Positions 20,510 through 30,974 of a stretch of 64,000 nt of DNA are shown here, piece after piece. Source of the stretch: an uncultured Desulfobacter sp. (lineage in GTDB: Bacteria > Desulfobacterota > Desulfobacteria > Desulfobacterales > Desulfobacteraceae); contig OY762069.1 in the NCBI GenBank assembly GCA_963665095.1, positions 1,920,001 through 1,984,000 on the forward strand, written 5' to 3'. Under the pieces are notes generated by a model. The model searched no databases. It worked only from the letters and a program-made list of their open reading frames with translations, and had not been told where the DNA came from. The stretch's first letter is position 1; each line of letters opens with the position of its first letter. The translations under genes and the position numbers were made by a program.

Positions 20510-21303
20510 GCGGAACGACCGGCGCACACCAGGTCCGATAGCTTTTCGAGAACCGGGCCGGCGGTTGCCCGGATAACCATGTCAGCCTGAGCATCCAGAG
20601 GCGTTTCCGACAGATTGATAATTGCCAGAAATGCCCCGCTGTTTTTTGCATAAACCGGCATGGAGGCTGCCGGCTGGACCTTGAGGGTGGAGCCCACCGC
20701 AACAAACACATCGCTTTGCGCGGAAAGGGCTGCCGCCTGTCGGGTCTCCTTTTCCGGCATGGCCTGCCCAAAGGAGATGGTGTCTGGCTTAAAATAGCCG
20801 CCACACCTGCACTCAGGGGCTGGGTCTCCTGCATCCATTCGTTCCAGAATCTCACCCCAGGAGATAAACTTGCTGCAGGACATGCACCGAATCCGCCTGG
20901 CATTGCCGTGAAGTTCAATGATCCTGTCCCCAGGCACCCCTGAGGCCTGGTGAAGTCCGTCAATATTCTGGGTAATCAGGCAGGACAAAAATCCCAGTTT
21001 CTCCATACGGGCCAGCGCCAGGTGCCCCTTGTTAGGCTGGGTTTCGCGAAGACTTATTTCCATATCAACCCGCTGCTTCCAATATTCGACTCTGGCAGCT
21101 TTTGATGACATGAACTCATCAAAATATACCGGTCTGAACTGATCCCACAGCCCGCCCTGACTGCGGTAGTCTGGAATACCGCTCTCTGTTGATATGCCGG
21201 CACCGGTAAAAAAAGCAATGGTGCGGGCCAGGCAGATGCGTTCCGCCCAAAGGCGAATAAGCCCTTCTGTTCTCTTTTCACCCGGTATTCTCTCTTTATC
21301 CAT
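20506..21303 (-). CDS. NAD-dependent protein deacylase (sirtuin)
   Basis: TGAGISTESGIPDYR, TQNIDGLH, ELHG, Zn-binding Cys pairs. Confidence 0.92.
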   Translation of the reverse strand: MDKERIPGEKRTEGLIRLWAERICLARTIAFFTGAGISTESGIPDYRSQGGLWDQFRPVYFDEFMSSKAARVEYWKQRVDMEISLRETQPNKGHLALARMEKLGFLSCLITQNIDGLHQASGVPGDRIIELHGNARRIRCMSCSKFISWGEILERMDAGDPAPECRCGGYFKPDTISFGQAMPEKETRQAAALSAQSDVFVAVGSTLKVQPAASMPVYAKNSGAFLAIINLSETPLDAQADMVIRATAGPVLEKLSDLVCAGRSA

Positions 21304-21383
21304 AAGATTTCCTGCGCCTCACAGTATATTAAATTTAAACCCGTATTCTATATTCAGCTAAACACTGTTTTTCAAAAGGGATA

Positions 21384-21425
21384 AATAACCAGAGCCGGTC
21401 TAAAGACAGACCGGCTCTGGTTATT
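21384..21425 (-). terminator. intrinsic terminator hairpin downstream of the DHH gene
   Basis: 18-bp perfect stem AATAACCAGAGCCGGTCT / AGACCGGCTCTGGTTATT with a 6-nt loop. Confidence 0.7.
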
Positions 21426-21510
21426 ATTAAATACGGAAAAGATGAAATCTATACAGAGGGTATGACTCCCATACGGCATCTGTTCAAAATTACCGTGAAC
21501 AGCTCTGAAG

Positions 21511-22428
21511 TTATCCCTGATTCAGTTCTTCAACGATCTTTTTGATGACTTCATCGGCATTGTCAATGGGCACCTGACAAGTTCCCACCCGCCTGTGACC
21601 GCCGCCGCCGTACTTGAGCATCAAAGAGCCCACGTCTGCTGTGGCACTTTTGTCAATAATGCTGTAACCACAGGTGATGACGATATTCTGGCGCTGAAAG
21701 CCCCACATAATCTGCATGGAGATGTTGGCATCGGGAAACAGACTGTAAAGCATAAACCGGTTACCGGTGTATATTTCGTCCTGCTCCCGCAGATCCAGGA
21801 CCACAATTTTTCCTTCCATGCGGCTGTTGTCCAGAAGCATCTGCCTGAAGGGCCTGTCCTGTTCAAAATAGCGTATAGTGCGCTCCCTGATATCAGGAAT
21901 CTTCAGGATCTCCTCATCAGTTTTGTTGCGGCAGTAGTCAATCATGTCCATCATCAGCGCATAGTTGCTGATGCGATAATCTTTATACCGGCCGAGACCG
22001 GTGCGCGGGTCCATGATAAAGGAGAGAAGCACCCACCCTTCCGGGTTCAGAATTTCCTCTTTGGTAAACTGAGCCGCGTCCGCCTTGTCCACAGCGTTAA
22101 CAAGATCATCAAGGTGGTCATTTTTAAAATAATCAAGCCCCCCGTAATAATCATAAATCACCCTGGCAGCACTGGGTGCGGACGGATCGCTTTTCCCCTC
22201 AAAATCACCAAAGGCCTGGCGTTCCTGTTCACTGGAATGATGATCAAACCAGATGCCGCAACCAGGCACAAAAGGGATATTTGCCAGAATGTCATCGGAT
22301 GTTACTTCAATCTTGCCGTCCTGGATATCCTTGGGATGCACAAATTTTATATCCTCTATGATGCCCTTTTCTTTAAGAATGGCAGCACACCCCAAACCGT
22401 CAAAATCGGATCGAGTAACCAGTCGCAT
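21511..22428 (-). CDS. DHH/DHHA1-family phosphoesterase (nanoRNase/exopolyphosphatase-like)
   Basis: TRSDFDG, FDHH, GGGH motifs. Confidence 0.85.
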   Translation of the reverse strand: MRLVTRSDFDGLGCAAILKEKGIIEDIKFVHPKDIQDGKIEVTSDDILANIPFVPGCGIWFDHHSSEQERQAFGDFEGKSDPSAPSAARVIYDYYGGLDYFKNDHLDDLVNAVDKADAAQFTKEEILNPEGWVLLSFIMDPRTGLGRYKDYRISNYALMMDMIDYCRNKTDEEILKIPDIRERTIRYFEQDRPFRQMLLDNSRMEGKIVVLDLREQDEIYTGNRFMLYSLFPDANISMQIMWGFQRQNIVITCGYSIIDKSATADVGSLMLKYGGGGHRRVGTCQVPIDNADEVIKKIVEELNQG

Positions 22429-22541
22429 GTATTTCTCCTTTATTACGAAATTGATAGATGAGAATACAGTTACCCTACCATAAAAATGATAAAAAGCTCA
22501 AATCTTTTTAACGGCTCTGTTGTTTTCAATCCAGTATCTGT

Positions 22542-23147
22542 CTATTCATAATGTCCGGCCAGGGGATCTTTACCGTCAGGAAACATGGCACCAAAGGGAT
22601 CACTTTGATCCAGATCTGCGGCAGTGCAGTAGTGCATGCCTTTTTTCCCGCCGGTCATCATCAAGGGGCAGGCCTTTTGAAGATCCAGCCGACCGCCAGG
22701 GGTGAGGAAGGCGTCGTCTACTTCCAGCCGCTTCACATGTCCCATGATCAGGGTATACCCCTCTCCTGTGTGAAGTCCGGCCAGTCTGCATTCCATCCAG
22801 GCATAGGCCCCTTCAATGCCCGGGGCCTTAATTGTTTCCGAAGGCTTAAGACTAAGGCCGGCCAGTTTAAACTCGTCCTCCTCGGGCCTTGAGAATCTGG
22901 CTGTGGGAATCACCTTGTCCACAAAAGACTTTCCCGCCAGGTTGACCACAAACTCCTCTGTATCCTTGATATTAACCAGCGTGTCCCGTTTCTGGGCCGA
23001 GGCCAGGCAGATCAGATCCAAAGGCCGCAATACCGGCATAATACAGGAATACGGGGCTATATTGTTGACACCATCCTTGCTGCAGGTGGAAATAAACGCC
23101 ACAGGCAACGGCATGAAACCTTCTCTCATAAAGGGTTTGAATAACAT
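22542..23147 (-). CDS. flavin reductase-like family protein
   Basis: PLPVAFIST, NIAPYS, RDTLVNI..EFVVN, MEC. Confidence 0.85.
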   Translation of the reverse strand: MLFKPFMREGFMPLPVAFISTCSKDGVNNIAPYSCIMPVLRPLDLICLASAQKRDTLVNIKDTEEFVVNLAGKSFVDKVIPTARFSRPEEDEFKLAGLSLKPSETIKAPGIEGAYAWMECRLAGLHTGEGYTLIMGHVKRLEVDDAFLTPGGRLDLQKACPLMMTGGKKGMHYCTAADLDQSDPFGAMFPDGKDPLAGHYE

Positions 23148-23173
23148 CTGACGTATCCTTTCTTAGGTGAATA

Positions 23174-24241
23174 CTATTTTGTTTCCGGCCAGGATGCATC
23201 CCTGCCCAGAAGCAACTCAAGGGGATTGGCGCCAAGCTGGACAAGGGCATCCACATCCTGCCTTGTTTTAAGCGTCTTTGTCTTAACCACGGAGACAAAC
23301 TTTTCGGGCTGGTCCAGGTATTGGGACAGAAAGCGGTTATACACGGCATGGAGCCAGGGGCTGCTTCGCCAGTCCAGTTCTTCTTTACCCAGTCCTGCAA
23401 ATTTCCGGAAAGCCTCCCACTGCCAGTCAAAGGAGAGTACCCATGCCTGGCCACCGGCAGCCGGTCCGTCTTTCCTGACAATGATACCCCCTAAATTCTG
23501 GTAGACCCCATCTGCTGTGGTCCATGCCCGGTTCCAGGGATAGGCCATGGTCACATAGCCATGTTTTCCCGGGGTCAGGTTCATCATCTCCATGATCAGA
23601 TCATCCTGGCACCAGGCCGGTGCCCCGATGTACATATAACTCTGAGCCTTTGACAGCGGGAACTGCCCAAGAATATACCGGACTGTAAAATACCCGGTAA
23701 ACACCCCGCAGCAAAGATGGTCATGAAAAAGGCTGCCCGAAAGCATGGCAGGCGGCACCTTGTCTGCCCATCCATTGGCCAGGGTCACCAGGGAAAACGC
23801 CTCTTTGCCAAAGGCCTGGTTAAACGGGGTAAAATCCGTGCCCTTGTTTACCCGTATATTCAAGGGCCCCTTCAGTTCATATCCCTGGCTGGTGATCCGG
23901 ACCAGCACCATGTTTAACGTCTCAGAATCCGGCTGGCTGATAAACGCAGCCCATGGCGCCATACCCCAGGCGCGGTGAACCATAAGCAGGCTGCCCTGCC
24001 CTATACTGACATGTTCCTTTCGGCAGAAAAGATCCAGAAGGATGCGACAGGAGTGACCATCAAGCATGGCAGAGTCCGCATTGGTCAGGCAGGCATCAAC
24101 AGTCCCCGGTGCCAGTGCCTTTTCAGCGGCCTGAACCGCCTCAGTGCCAAAAATTTCAATATCTTTCGCACTGAAACCGGCGGCAGGGAAACACAATACA
24201 GCACATGCCCAGAATATCAAATAAGCGCACAGGTGTTTCAT
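23174..24241 (-). CDS. exported FmdE-domain protein (putative metal-binding)
   Basis: signal peptide; FHDHLCCGV (FHGHxCPG-like) and WCQDD motifs. Confidence 0.7.
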   Translation of the reverse strand: MKHLCAYLIFWACAVLCFPAAGFSAKDIEIFGTEAVQAAEKALAPGTVDACLTNADSAMLDGHSCRILLDLFCRKEHVSIGQGSLLMVHRAWGMAPWAAFISQPDSETLNMVLVRITSQGYELKGPLNIRVNKGTDFTPFNQAFGKEAFSLVTLANGWADKVPPAMLSGSLFHDHLCCGVFTGYFTVRYILGQFPLSKAQSYMYIGAPAWCQDDLIMEMMNLTPGKHGYVTMAYPWNRAWTTADGVYQNLGGIIVRKDGPAAGGQAWVLSFDWQWEAFRKFAGLGKEELDWRSSPWLHAVYNRFLSQYLDQPEKFVSVVKTKTLKTRQDVDALVQLGANPLELLLGRDASWPETK

Positions 24242-24268
24242 TGAATTTATATTCCTTTTTTGCTTTGT

Positions 24269-26389
24269 TTAAAATGTCAGCCGAATACCGGCCATTACAG
24301 TGGTACCAGGCATGGGATATCCTTCACGTTCCTGGTACGCTTCATCCAGAATGTTGTCGGCAGCTGCTTCAAGCTCTGCAGTGACCAGCTTGCTTTCATA
24401 AATTTTATACCTGGCTGCCATATTGACCAGGGTATAGGCATCCAGGGTCACAACAGTGGCGCTGGTAAAATGCTCCCGTTCATCCACATGGGACACCCAG
24501 AACCTGGCGGAGAAGGGACCCTGCTCAAAATCAATGCCGGCGTTGAACATGGTGTCAGGCAGATCCGGCAGTTCCCTGGACAATGCATTGTCCTCATCCC
24601 AGGGGTCATCAGATTTGTCACCCTTCTGCCAGGTGGCATTGGCCCATAGTTTCAGGTTCAACGGCAGGGCATAACTGAATCCCAGTTCCATACCTCTGAT
24701 TTTCACTTTGCCGATGTTATAGTAAACAGATCCGACCCCTGATACTGTGGTAGAAGAGATGTAATCTTTGATATCGTAGTAATAGCCACGGATAAAGCCT
24801 TGAAAATTCGGACCGAATCCCTGGTCAAGCCCCAGTTCATACTGAATTGCTTCTTCAGAGTTAAAGGTAGTATTAAAATAATTTGTGGCATTGTTCAGGT
24901 ACCACCAGAAATATTCAGGAGAGGTGGGATACCGGTGGGCAATGCCCCACCTTGCGGTAATTTTGGTCTGCTCCATCGGCGCATAAACAACACCGATTCT
25001 CGGATCGGTGTTAGACTCGCTAATACTGGTCACATCCGCATCCCAGGTGAATCCAAAGGCATCAGGATCCACTGTCCCCGCCTTAAACCACTCCTGACGC
25101 AGCCCCAGTTCAAGGCTTAACTCAGGCAGGATCTGCCAGGTATCCTGAACATAAAGGGCATGATACTTCATGATGTCTTCCTGGCCCAGGAATCCATTCT
25201 TTATAAAGGTCATGTAATTAATGGAATAATTAAAATAGGATTCGTCAATATAGATCACGTCCTGGCTGCCCCAGCCGTAACGGCGGGTTTCACCGCCCAC
25301 CTCCACCAGATGGTCTCCCATGGTCCTGGCATAGGAGGTGTTCAAAAGCCAGTTATTATCCTCGGCATCGGTTTCCCGTTCATATATTTTTTTATCAGGA
25401 TTAGCGGCATCATAATAGGTTTCAGTGGCATTCTGGTTCCACAGACGGCCTTCAAACCGGAAATTTGACACCTTTGTTTTATGGGCCACATAGGCGGTGA
25501 CATTGGTGTTTTCCTCTTCCGTATAAGAGCCGTCCCCCCAGGCGGTTGCACCGCTGAGCAGCCGGACGCTGATACCGGGGCCTCCCAGTTCCTTTTCATC
25601 TGCCAGAGGATATGAGGGATCATAGTAAGCGGAGTCGGTTCTGTTATACACAGGGTTGCCGTTCTCCGTGGTGGAATAGTCAAACCCCGCACCCATTTCC
25701 CAGTTCCCGGGCAGATCCACAGAAAGAGATCCCGATCCCCTGTCCCTGTCCAGGTAGTTGTTTCTCAAATAGCCGTCGGTTTCATAATGTCCGGCAGACA
25801 GATTCCAGGAAAAGGCCCCCTGCTTCCAGGCATGGCTAATACCTGTATCCAAAGTGGACAGACTGCCAATGGAAAAATTGATCTGGGTAAAGGGATCGGT
25901 GTCAGGCTGGCGGGTCACCATGTTCACCACACCACCAAGGGTATTGCCGTATTTGGCCGGACAGGCGCCTTTAAAAATCTCAATGGATTCCAGGGCCTGG
26001 GCTGAAAAGGAGGCCCAGTCAATGGCGCCTTTGCCATAGGATCCGTCCCGGTTTAAAGGGATGCCGTTTTGTCGGACGCTTAAACGGGTCTCATCAAATC
26101 CGCGCACCCTCAAAACACCTGATCCGGTACCGGACTGGCTCTGGCGGCGAATCTGGATGCCTGCCCGGTTATCCAGCAGGTCCAGGATGTTCCCGCTGGA
26201 CACAGGCGTCTGGATCTCTTTTAAATCAACGGTTTCCGTTTCCTGGGCTTCATTGGTCTTTTGTGCCGATACCACCAGGGGTTCAAGTTCAGTTACATCT
26301 GTGTTTGTCTTCTGTTCTCCTGCATAAAGGCCTGTGCTGCAGAACAGAGCCAGACAGATCAAAACAGCTATCGTTTTCAAAACAGTCAT
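24269..26389 (-). CDS. TonB-dependent outer-membrane receptor
   Basis: signal peptide, TonB box LEPLVVSA, plug RVRGF..IEIFKG..YG..GGVVNMVT, C-terminal Phe; GGAGAGGA RBS. Confidence 0.92.
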   Translation of the reverse strand: MTVLKTIAVLICLALFCSTGLYAGEQKTNTDVTELEPLVVSAQKTNEAQETETVDLKEIQTPVSSGNILDLLDNRAGIQIRRQSQSGTGSGVLRVRGFDETRLSVRQNGIPLNRDGSYGKGAIDWASFSAQALESIEIFKGACPAKYGNTLGGVVNMVTRQPDTDPFTQINFSIGSLSTLDTGISHAWKQGAFSWNLSAGHYETDGYLRNNYLDRDRGSGSLSVDLPGNWEMGAGFDYSTTENGNPVYNRTDSAYYDPSYPLADEKELGGPGISVRLLSGATAWGDGSYTEEENTNVTAYVAHKTKVSNFRFEGRLWNQNATETYYDAANPDKKIYERETDAEDNNWLLNTSYARTMGDHLVEVGGETRRYGWGSQDVIYIDESYFNYSINYMTFIKNGFLGQEDIMKYHALYVQDTWQILPELSLELGLRQEWFKAGTVDPDAFGFTWDADVTSISESNTDPRIGVVYAPMEQTKITARWGIAHRYPTSPEYFWWYLNNATNYFNTTFNSEEAIQYELGLDQGFGPNFQGFIRGYYYDIKDYISSTTVSGVGSVYYNIGKVKIRGMELGFSYALPLNLKLWANATWQKGDKSDDPWDEDNALSRELPDLPDTMFNAGIDFEQGPFSARFWVSHVDEREHFTSATVVTLDAYTLVNMAARYKIYESKLVTAELEAAADNILDEAYQEREGYPMPGTTVMAGIRLTF

Positions 26390-26442
26390 CAATCCTCTCC
26401 TTTTGTTAAAATCAGTGTTGTTGAACACGCAAATCAGCCAAT

Positions 26443-26495
26443 AAAAAAAGCCACAAAGATCCATTCCCCCCTTTAAGGGAAAAGACCTTCGTGGC
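26443..26495 (-). terminator. long hairpin plus U7 terminator/attenuator between XRE regulator and TonB receptor
   Basis: minus strand GCCACGAAG...CTTTGTGGC-TTTTTTT with inner TTCCC/GGGAA stem. Confidence 0.7.
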
Positions 26496-26541
26496 CTGAG
26501 TTTAAAAAACTATAAAACTATGAAAATCTGTTGCTAAAAAC

Positions 26542-27069
26542 TTAAAACAACAGATGGTGGATCAACAGCAGGTTTGAATCTTCCATGGCCTCCAGTTCAT
26601 GATCATGGATGGCTTTGAAACGAATGGATTCTCCTGGTGCAAGAATGCAGGGATCGTCAAGGACGGTTACTTTTACCCGGCCTGAAAGAACCATGCAGAT
26701 CTCAGCCGTGTCATCATGCAGGTCCGGCGTAGAAATTGTCCGGCTTCCCTGGGCCGCCTCAAGATAAAATATCTCAAATCCGGAAAAGTTCACCTGGAAT
26801 CCTTTAAAGCCGTCCTGGTCATAGGCGGTTCTCCTCCCGGATTCCGGTTTTTCTATCTCGGCCATCTCAACCAGCTGGCTGGCAGTCAGCTGGAATACCC
26901 GGCCCAAGGCACTGAGCGTCTCAATGGTGGGGTTGCCCTTTCCTGACTCCAGTTTGGCAATGGTGGCACGGGTGATATTGGCTTTCCCGGCAAGCGTTTC
27001 AGCTGTCATTCCCCGCTTCATGCGAAGGTTTCTGACAATGGAAAAATCAAAATTCTGTGTCTGTTCCAT
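26542..27069 (-). CDS. XRE-family HTH regulator with C-terminal cupin
   Basis: LRMKRGMTAETLA..ITRATIAKLESG.GNPTIETL; cupin H..EI..VLSG..PGESIRF...H. Confidence 0.88.
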   Translation of the reverse strand: MEQTQNFDFSIVRNLRMKRGMTAETLAGKANITRATIAKLESGKGNPTIETLSALGRVFQLTASQLVEMAEIEKPESGRRTAYDQDGFKGFQVNFSGFEIFYLEAAQGSRTISTPDLHDDTAEICMVLSGRVKVTVLDDPCILAPGESIRFKAIHDHELEAMEDSNLLLIHHLLF

Positions 27070-27199
27070 GGCAAACTCATGTATATTATAGTTTTCATCA
27101 TGTCAATTATATTATTAAAATTCACTAATTTTTCTGAAACTTTCCCGTGGGAGTGATGAGGGGATGATATCTGAACGAGCCGGCACAGGCACCAAATAC

Positions 27200-27228
27200 A
27201 AAGCGGGCATGGAAATCATGCCCGCTTT
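27200..27228 (-). terminator. intrinsic terminator after xsc
   Basis: AAAGCGGGCAT / ATGCCCGCTTT 11-bp stem. Confidence 0.7.
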
Positions 27229-27268
27229 ATATTCAAATAGGTATCTGTATCAGTACTTTTTATGACAG

Positions 27269-29050
27269 TTAATTGATCCCTTTCTGGGGACACATATCAT
27301 CCTTGCTGATCCCTGCCACCACCACGGGTTTTTTCATGGCATCCCGCCGGAAGGGTTCACCAAGCTCCATGTTGGTCATGACCTCTATAAAGGTTGTCTT
27401 TCCCTCTTCCATCTGACGTTTTACCGCGGCCTGCAGTTCCCTGGTCAACTCATCCATGCTCCAGGCTTTAACGCCTTCAACGCCGCACGCTTTGGCAATT
27501 TCTGAATAGTGGACGTTGCGGTCCAGCTCCGTGCCCACAAAATTATCATCATACCAGAGGGTGGTATTTCTCTTTTCAGCTCCCCAGTGATAGTTGCGGA
27601 AAACGATCATGGTTATGGCGGGCCAGTTGTCACGACCGCAGGCCGTCATTTCGTTCATGGAGATACCAAAAGCCCCGTCACCGGCAAAGCCTACCACAGG
27701 CACGTCAGGCTTGGCGATCTTGGCCCCGAGGATAGAGGGCAGTCCGTAACCGCAGGGCCCGAACATACCCGGTGCCAGATATTTACGCCCTGCTTCAAAT
27801 GACGGATAGGCATTGCCAATGGCGCAGGAGTTGCCGATATCCGAAGAGATAATGGCATCCTTGGGAAGCGCCTTGATAATAGCCCGCCATGCCATCCTGG
27901 AGGTAATTTTCTCAGGGTCGGCGTCCTGAGCCCGCTGGTTCCAGGTGGTGCCGGGATCGTCCTGCTCATGGTCCATGGTTTCAAGTTCAGCAGCCCAGGC
28001 CGCTTTGGTGGATGTAATCAGAGCCACTCTCTCATCTCGGCCTGCGTTACCGGCTGTGTCAGACAACCGGGCCAGAATGCCTTGGGCCACTTTTTTGGCA
28101 TCCCCCACAATGCCCACAGAGACGGGCTTGGTTAACCCGATGCGGTCAGGATTGATGTCAACCTGGATAAGGGCGGCATCTTTGGGCCAGTAATCAATGC
28201 CATAGCCCGGCAGCGTGGAAAAGGGATTGAGCCGGGTGCCCAGGGCCAGGACCACGTCCGCCCTGGAGATCAGTTCCATACCGGCTTTGGAGCCGTTATA
28301 TCCCAAGGGGCCTGCAAATAACGGATGGGAACCCGGGAAGGCGTCATTGTGCTGGTAACCGCAGCACACCGGTGCATCCAGGCGTTCTGCCAGTGCCCTG
28401 GCAGCATCAATGGCAGCACCGATCACCACACCGCCGCCATTTAGAATGACGGGGAACTTGGCATTGGAAAGCAGTTCAGCAGCCTTGGCAACAGCGTCTT
28501 CACCACCTGCAGGCCGTTCAAATTCCACAATGGGGGGCAGTTCAATGTCAATCACCTGGGTCCAGAAATCCCGGGGCACGTTGATCTGGGCAGGGGCGGA
28601 TGCCCGTTTGGCCTGGAGGATCACCCGGTTGAGGACCTCGGCCATGCGCGAGGGGTGCAGCACCTCTTCCTGATATGCCACCATATCTTCAAAAATCGCC
28701 AGCTGGGGCACTTCCTGGAAACCGCCCTGCCCCATGGTCATATTGGCTGCCTGGGGGGTGACCAGAAGCAGAGGGGTGTGATTCCAGTATGCCGTTTTTA
28801 CGCAGGTGACAAAATTGGTGATGCCAGGCCCGTTCTGTGCCACCATCATGGACATTTTGCCAGAAGCCCTGGTATATCCGTCTGCCATGTAACCGGCATT
28901 GCACTCGTGGCCGCAGTCCCAGAACGTAATACCTGCTTTGGGGAAAAGGTCGGAAATGGGCATCATGGCGGAGCCGATAATACCGAATGCATGTTCAATT
29001 CCGTGCATTTGAAGCACTTTGACAAAGGCTTCCTCCGTAGTCATCTTCAT
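27269..29050 (-). CDS. xsc: sulfoacetaldehyde acetyltransferase (ThDP-dependent)
   Basis: MKMTTEEAFVKVLQMHGIEHAFGIIGSA N-terminus, WGAEKRNTTLW, ELGEPFRRDAMKKP are characteristic of Xsc. Confidence 0.93.
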   Translation of the reverse strand: MKMTTEEAFVKVLQMHGIEHAFGIIGSAMMPISDLFPKAGITFWDCGHECNAGYMADGYTRASGKMSMMVAQNGPGITNFVTCVKTAYWNHTPLLLVTPQAANMTMGQGGFQEVPQLAIFEDMVAYQEEVLHPSRMAEVLNRVILQAKRASAPAQINVPRDFWTQVIDIELPPIVEFERPAGGEDAVAKAAELLSNAKFPVILNGGGVVIGAAIDAARALAERLDAPVCCGYQHNDAFPGSHPLFAGPLGYNGSKAGMELISRADVVLALGTRLNPFSTLPGYGIDYWPKDAALIQVDINPDRIGLTKPVSVGIVGDAKKVAQGILARLSDTAGNAGRDERVALITSTKAAWAAELETMDHEQDDPGTTWNQRAQDADPEKITSRMAWRAIIKALPKDAIISSDIGNSCAIGNAYPSFEAGRKYLAPGMFGPCGYGLPSILGAKIAKPDVPVVGFAGDGAFGISMNEMTACGRDNWPAITMIVFRNYHWGAEKRNTTLWYDDNFVGTELDRNVHYSEIAKACGVEGVKAWSMDELTRELQAAVKRQMEEGKTTFIEVMTNMELGEPFRRDAMKKPVVVAGISKDDMCPQKGIN

Positions 29051-29143
29051 GGGTCTCTCCTTGTATGTTCTGTTTCTCCCGGCAGTTCTCTCAACGCCTG
29101 CCAGAGGCAGGCCTTGGGTTATTCACCACCGGGACACAAGTTT

Positions 29144-29956
29144 TTATTTTTCCAGTTCTGATTTAAACTGTCTGGTCATAATTCGTTCATAAAGGGGTGG
29201 GCAGAGCCTGGAAATCAGGTATCCCGCTTTACCGAAAGAGGTAAAGACCAGCATATCTTTTCCATTGGCTGCGGCCTTATGAATATGCCGGGCCACATAC
29301 TCAGGAGTCTGCTGCTGACCAATACGGCTCTGTTCATGGGTGGCAAGCTTGCCGTCCCCGCCTAGGGCCCGGCTCTGCAGGTTGGTTTTAATAAAGCCGG
29401 GGGCTATGATCATCACATGCACGCCCTTATGCCGAAGTTCGCAGCGAAGGGTGGTAAAAAATCCGTGCATAGCATGCTTGGAAGCGGCATATCCGCAACG
29501 CCCCAAAAGAGGGGAAACACCGGCCACGGATTCATTGGCCACAATAGCACCCCGGGACGCGATGAGATGGGGCAACGCCGCCTTGGTCATGTTTACGGAG
29601 CCAAAAAAATTAACATCCATGACCTTTCTGATCACCTTGACCGCTGTTTTTTCAAACAGGCTTCGCTGGGTAACCCCGGCATTGTTGAACAGGAGATCAA
29701 CAGTGCCAAACCGTTTAACAGCATCATCCACAACACGTTGACATGCCGCTTCATCTGTGACGTCGCATTCCATGGCCAGAAGGGGCCAGTCTCTGACGTC
29801 AAACTCCTGCTGCCGCAGTGCCAGTGCCGGGCCATCCATGTCCACCATCACCACATTGGCCCCTGCGCCGGCAAACTCTTTAGCTGTGGCAAGCCCTATC
29901 CCGGAAGCCCCCCCGGTGATCACCACAGTTTTTTTGTTAAATGTCCGCTCAGGCAT
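29144..29956 (-). CDS. short-chain dehydrogenase/reductase
   Basis: TGGASGIG, NNAG, YAASK. Confidence 0.9.
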   Translation of the reverse strand: MPERTFNKKTVVITGGASGIGLATAKEFAGAGANVVMVDMDGPALALRQQEFDVRDWPLLAMECDVTDEAACQRVVDDAVKRFGTVDLLFNNAGVTQRSLFEKTAVKVIRKVMDVNFFGSVNMTKAALPHLIASRGAIVANESVAGVSPLLGRCGYAASKHAMHGFFTTLRCELRHKGVHVMIIAPGFIKTNLQSRALGGDGKLATHEQSRIGQQQTPEYVARHIHKAAANGKDMLVFTSFGKAGYLISRLCPPLYERIMTRQFKSELEK

Positions 29957-30878
29957 GGATATCCTCCGGTACAGGGTTCTTTTTTATCTTTGCAAAGAAA
30001 AAGGCTGTGGAAAGTCCGGCAAAGATATGCCAGATACCCCACCAGGCCACCAGAATCGCCATGCCGCCCAGTCCGTCAAAAAAGTTGAAAACCAGAATCA
30101 GGCCCAGGGCCGAGTTCTGGATCCCCACCTCTACACATACGGCCCGGCAGTCAGCCTCTGGCAGGCCAACAATTCTGCCGGCCCAGTATCCGATATTCAG
30201 CGCCAGTGCATTGTGTAAAAATACGGCCAGCACAACCAGACCTACATAGGCCATGAAATTCTGCCAGTTGGCAGCCAGGGCTGCACACACAATAAATACA
30301 AAAAAGACCAAAGAAAAAATTTTAAATGGCTTTCTGACCATATCTGCCAGTCCTGGTTTGTATTTACTTACTGTCATACCGATGGCCAGAGGTATGCCTA
30401 AAATAATAAATACCGTCACAAAAATATCCATCGGGTTGAGGTGCACCTGCTGTAAAATAGGCGCGGTGTCGGGATTAAGTCCGCCCCACAGCGAAATATT
30501 CAAAGGGGTCATAAAAATGGCAAAAACCGTGGATACCGCGGTCATGGAGATGGATACCGCGCAATTACCTTTGGCAAGATATGTGACAATATTGGACAGA
30601 TTTCCCCCGGGACAGGCCGCCACCAGCATCATACCCAAAGCAATGGAAGGGGCTGGACGAAGAATCATGACCAGAAGAAATGTAAAGGCCGGCAAAAGGA
30701 TGAACTGGGCAAAAAGCCCGATGGCAGGCGCTTTGGGGCTTACCACAATCCGTTTAAAATCATCAAAACTTAAATCCAGGGACACGCCGAGCATCATCAG
30801 GCCGATGGCGGCATTAATGATGGCAATCCCTGCGGGGTTGAAATTCAGTCGTACCTGATCAAGTGTTACAGGATCCAT
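29949..30878 (-). CDS. bile acid:sodium symporter (BASS) family transporter
   Basis: AQFILLP, CPGGNLSN, EVGIQNS. Confidence 0.9.
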   Translation of the reverse strand: MDPVTLDQVRLNFNPAGIAIINAAIGLMMLGVSLDLSFDDFKRIVVSPKAPAIGLFAQFILLPAFTFLLVMILRPAPSIALGMMLVAACPGGNLSNIVTYLAKGNCAVSISMTAVSTVFAIFMTPLNISLWGGLNPDTAPILQQVHLNPMDIFVTVFIILGIPLAIGMTVSKYKPGLADMVRKPFKIFSLVFFVFIVCAALAANWQNFMAYVGLVVLAVFLHNALALNIGYWAGRIVGLPEADCRAVCVEVGIQNSALGLILVFNFFDGLGGMAILVAWWGIWHIFAGLSTAFFFAKIKKNPVPEDIHA

Positions 30879-30974
30879 TTTTCACCTTCCCACCCGGTGT
30901 ACAGGGTTTGATAACGGTCAAGGGCCTGCCCCCGGCTGGTCACACCGGGGGCAGGTCTCAAACAAATAAACGGT

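Noticed and set aside
26400..26541. Cobalamin riboswitch upstream of the TonB receptor
   Set aside because: The intergenic space is too short and no B12-box is visible.
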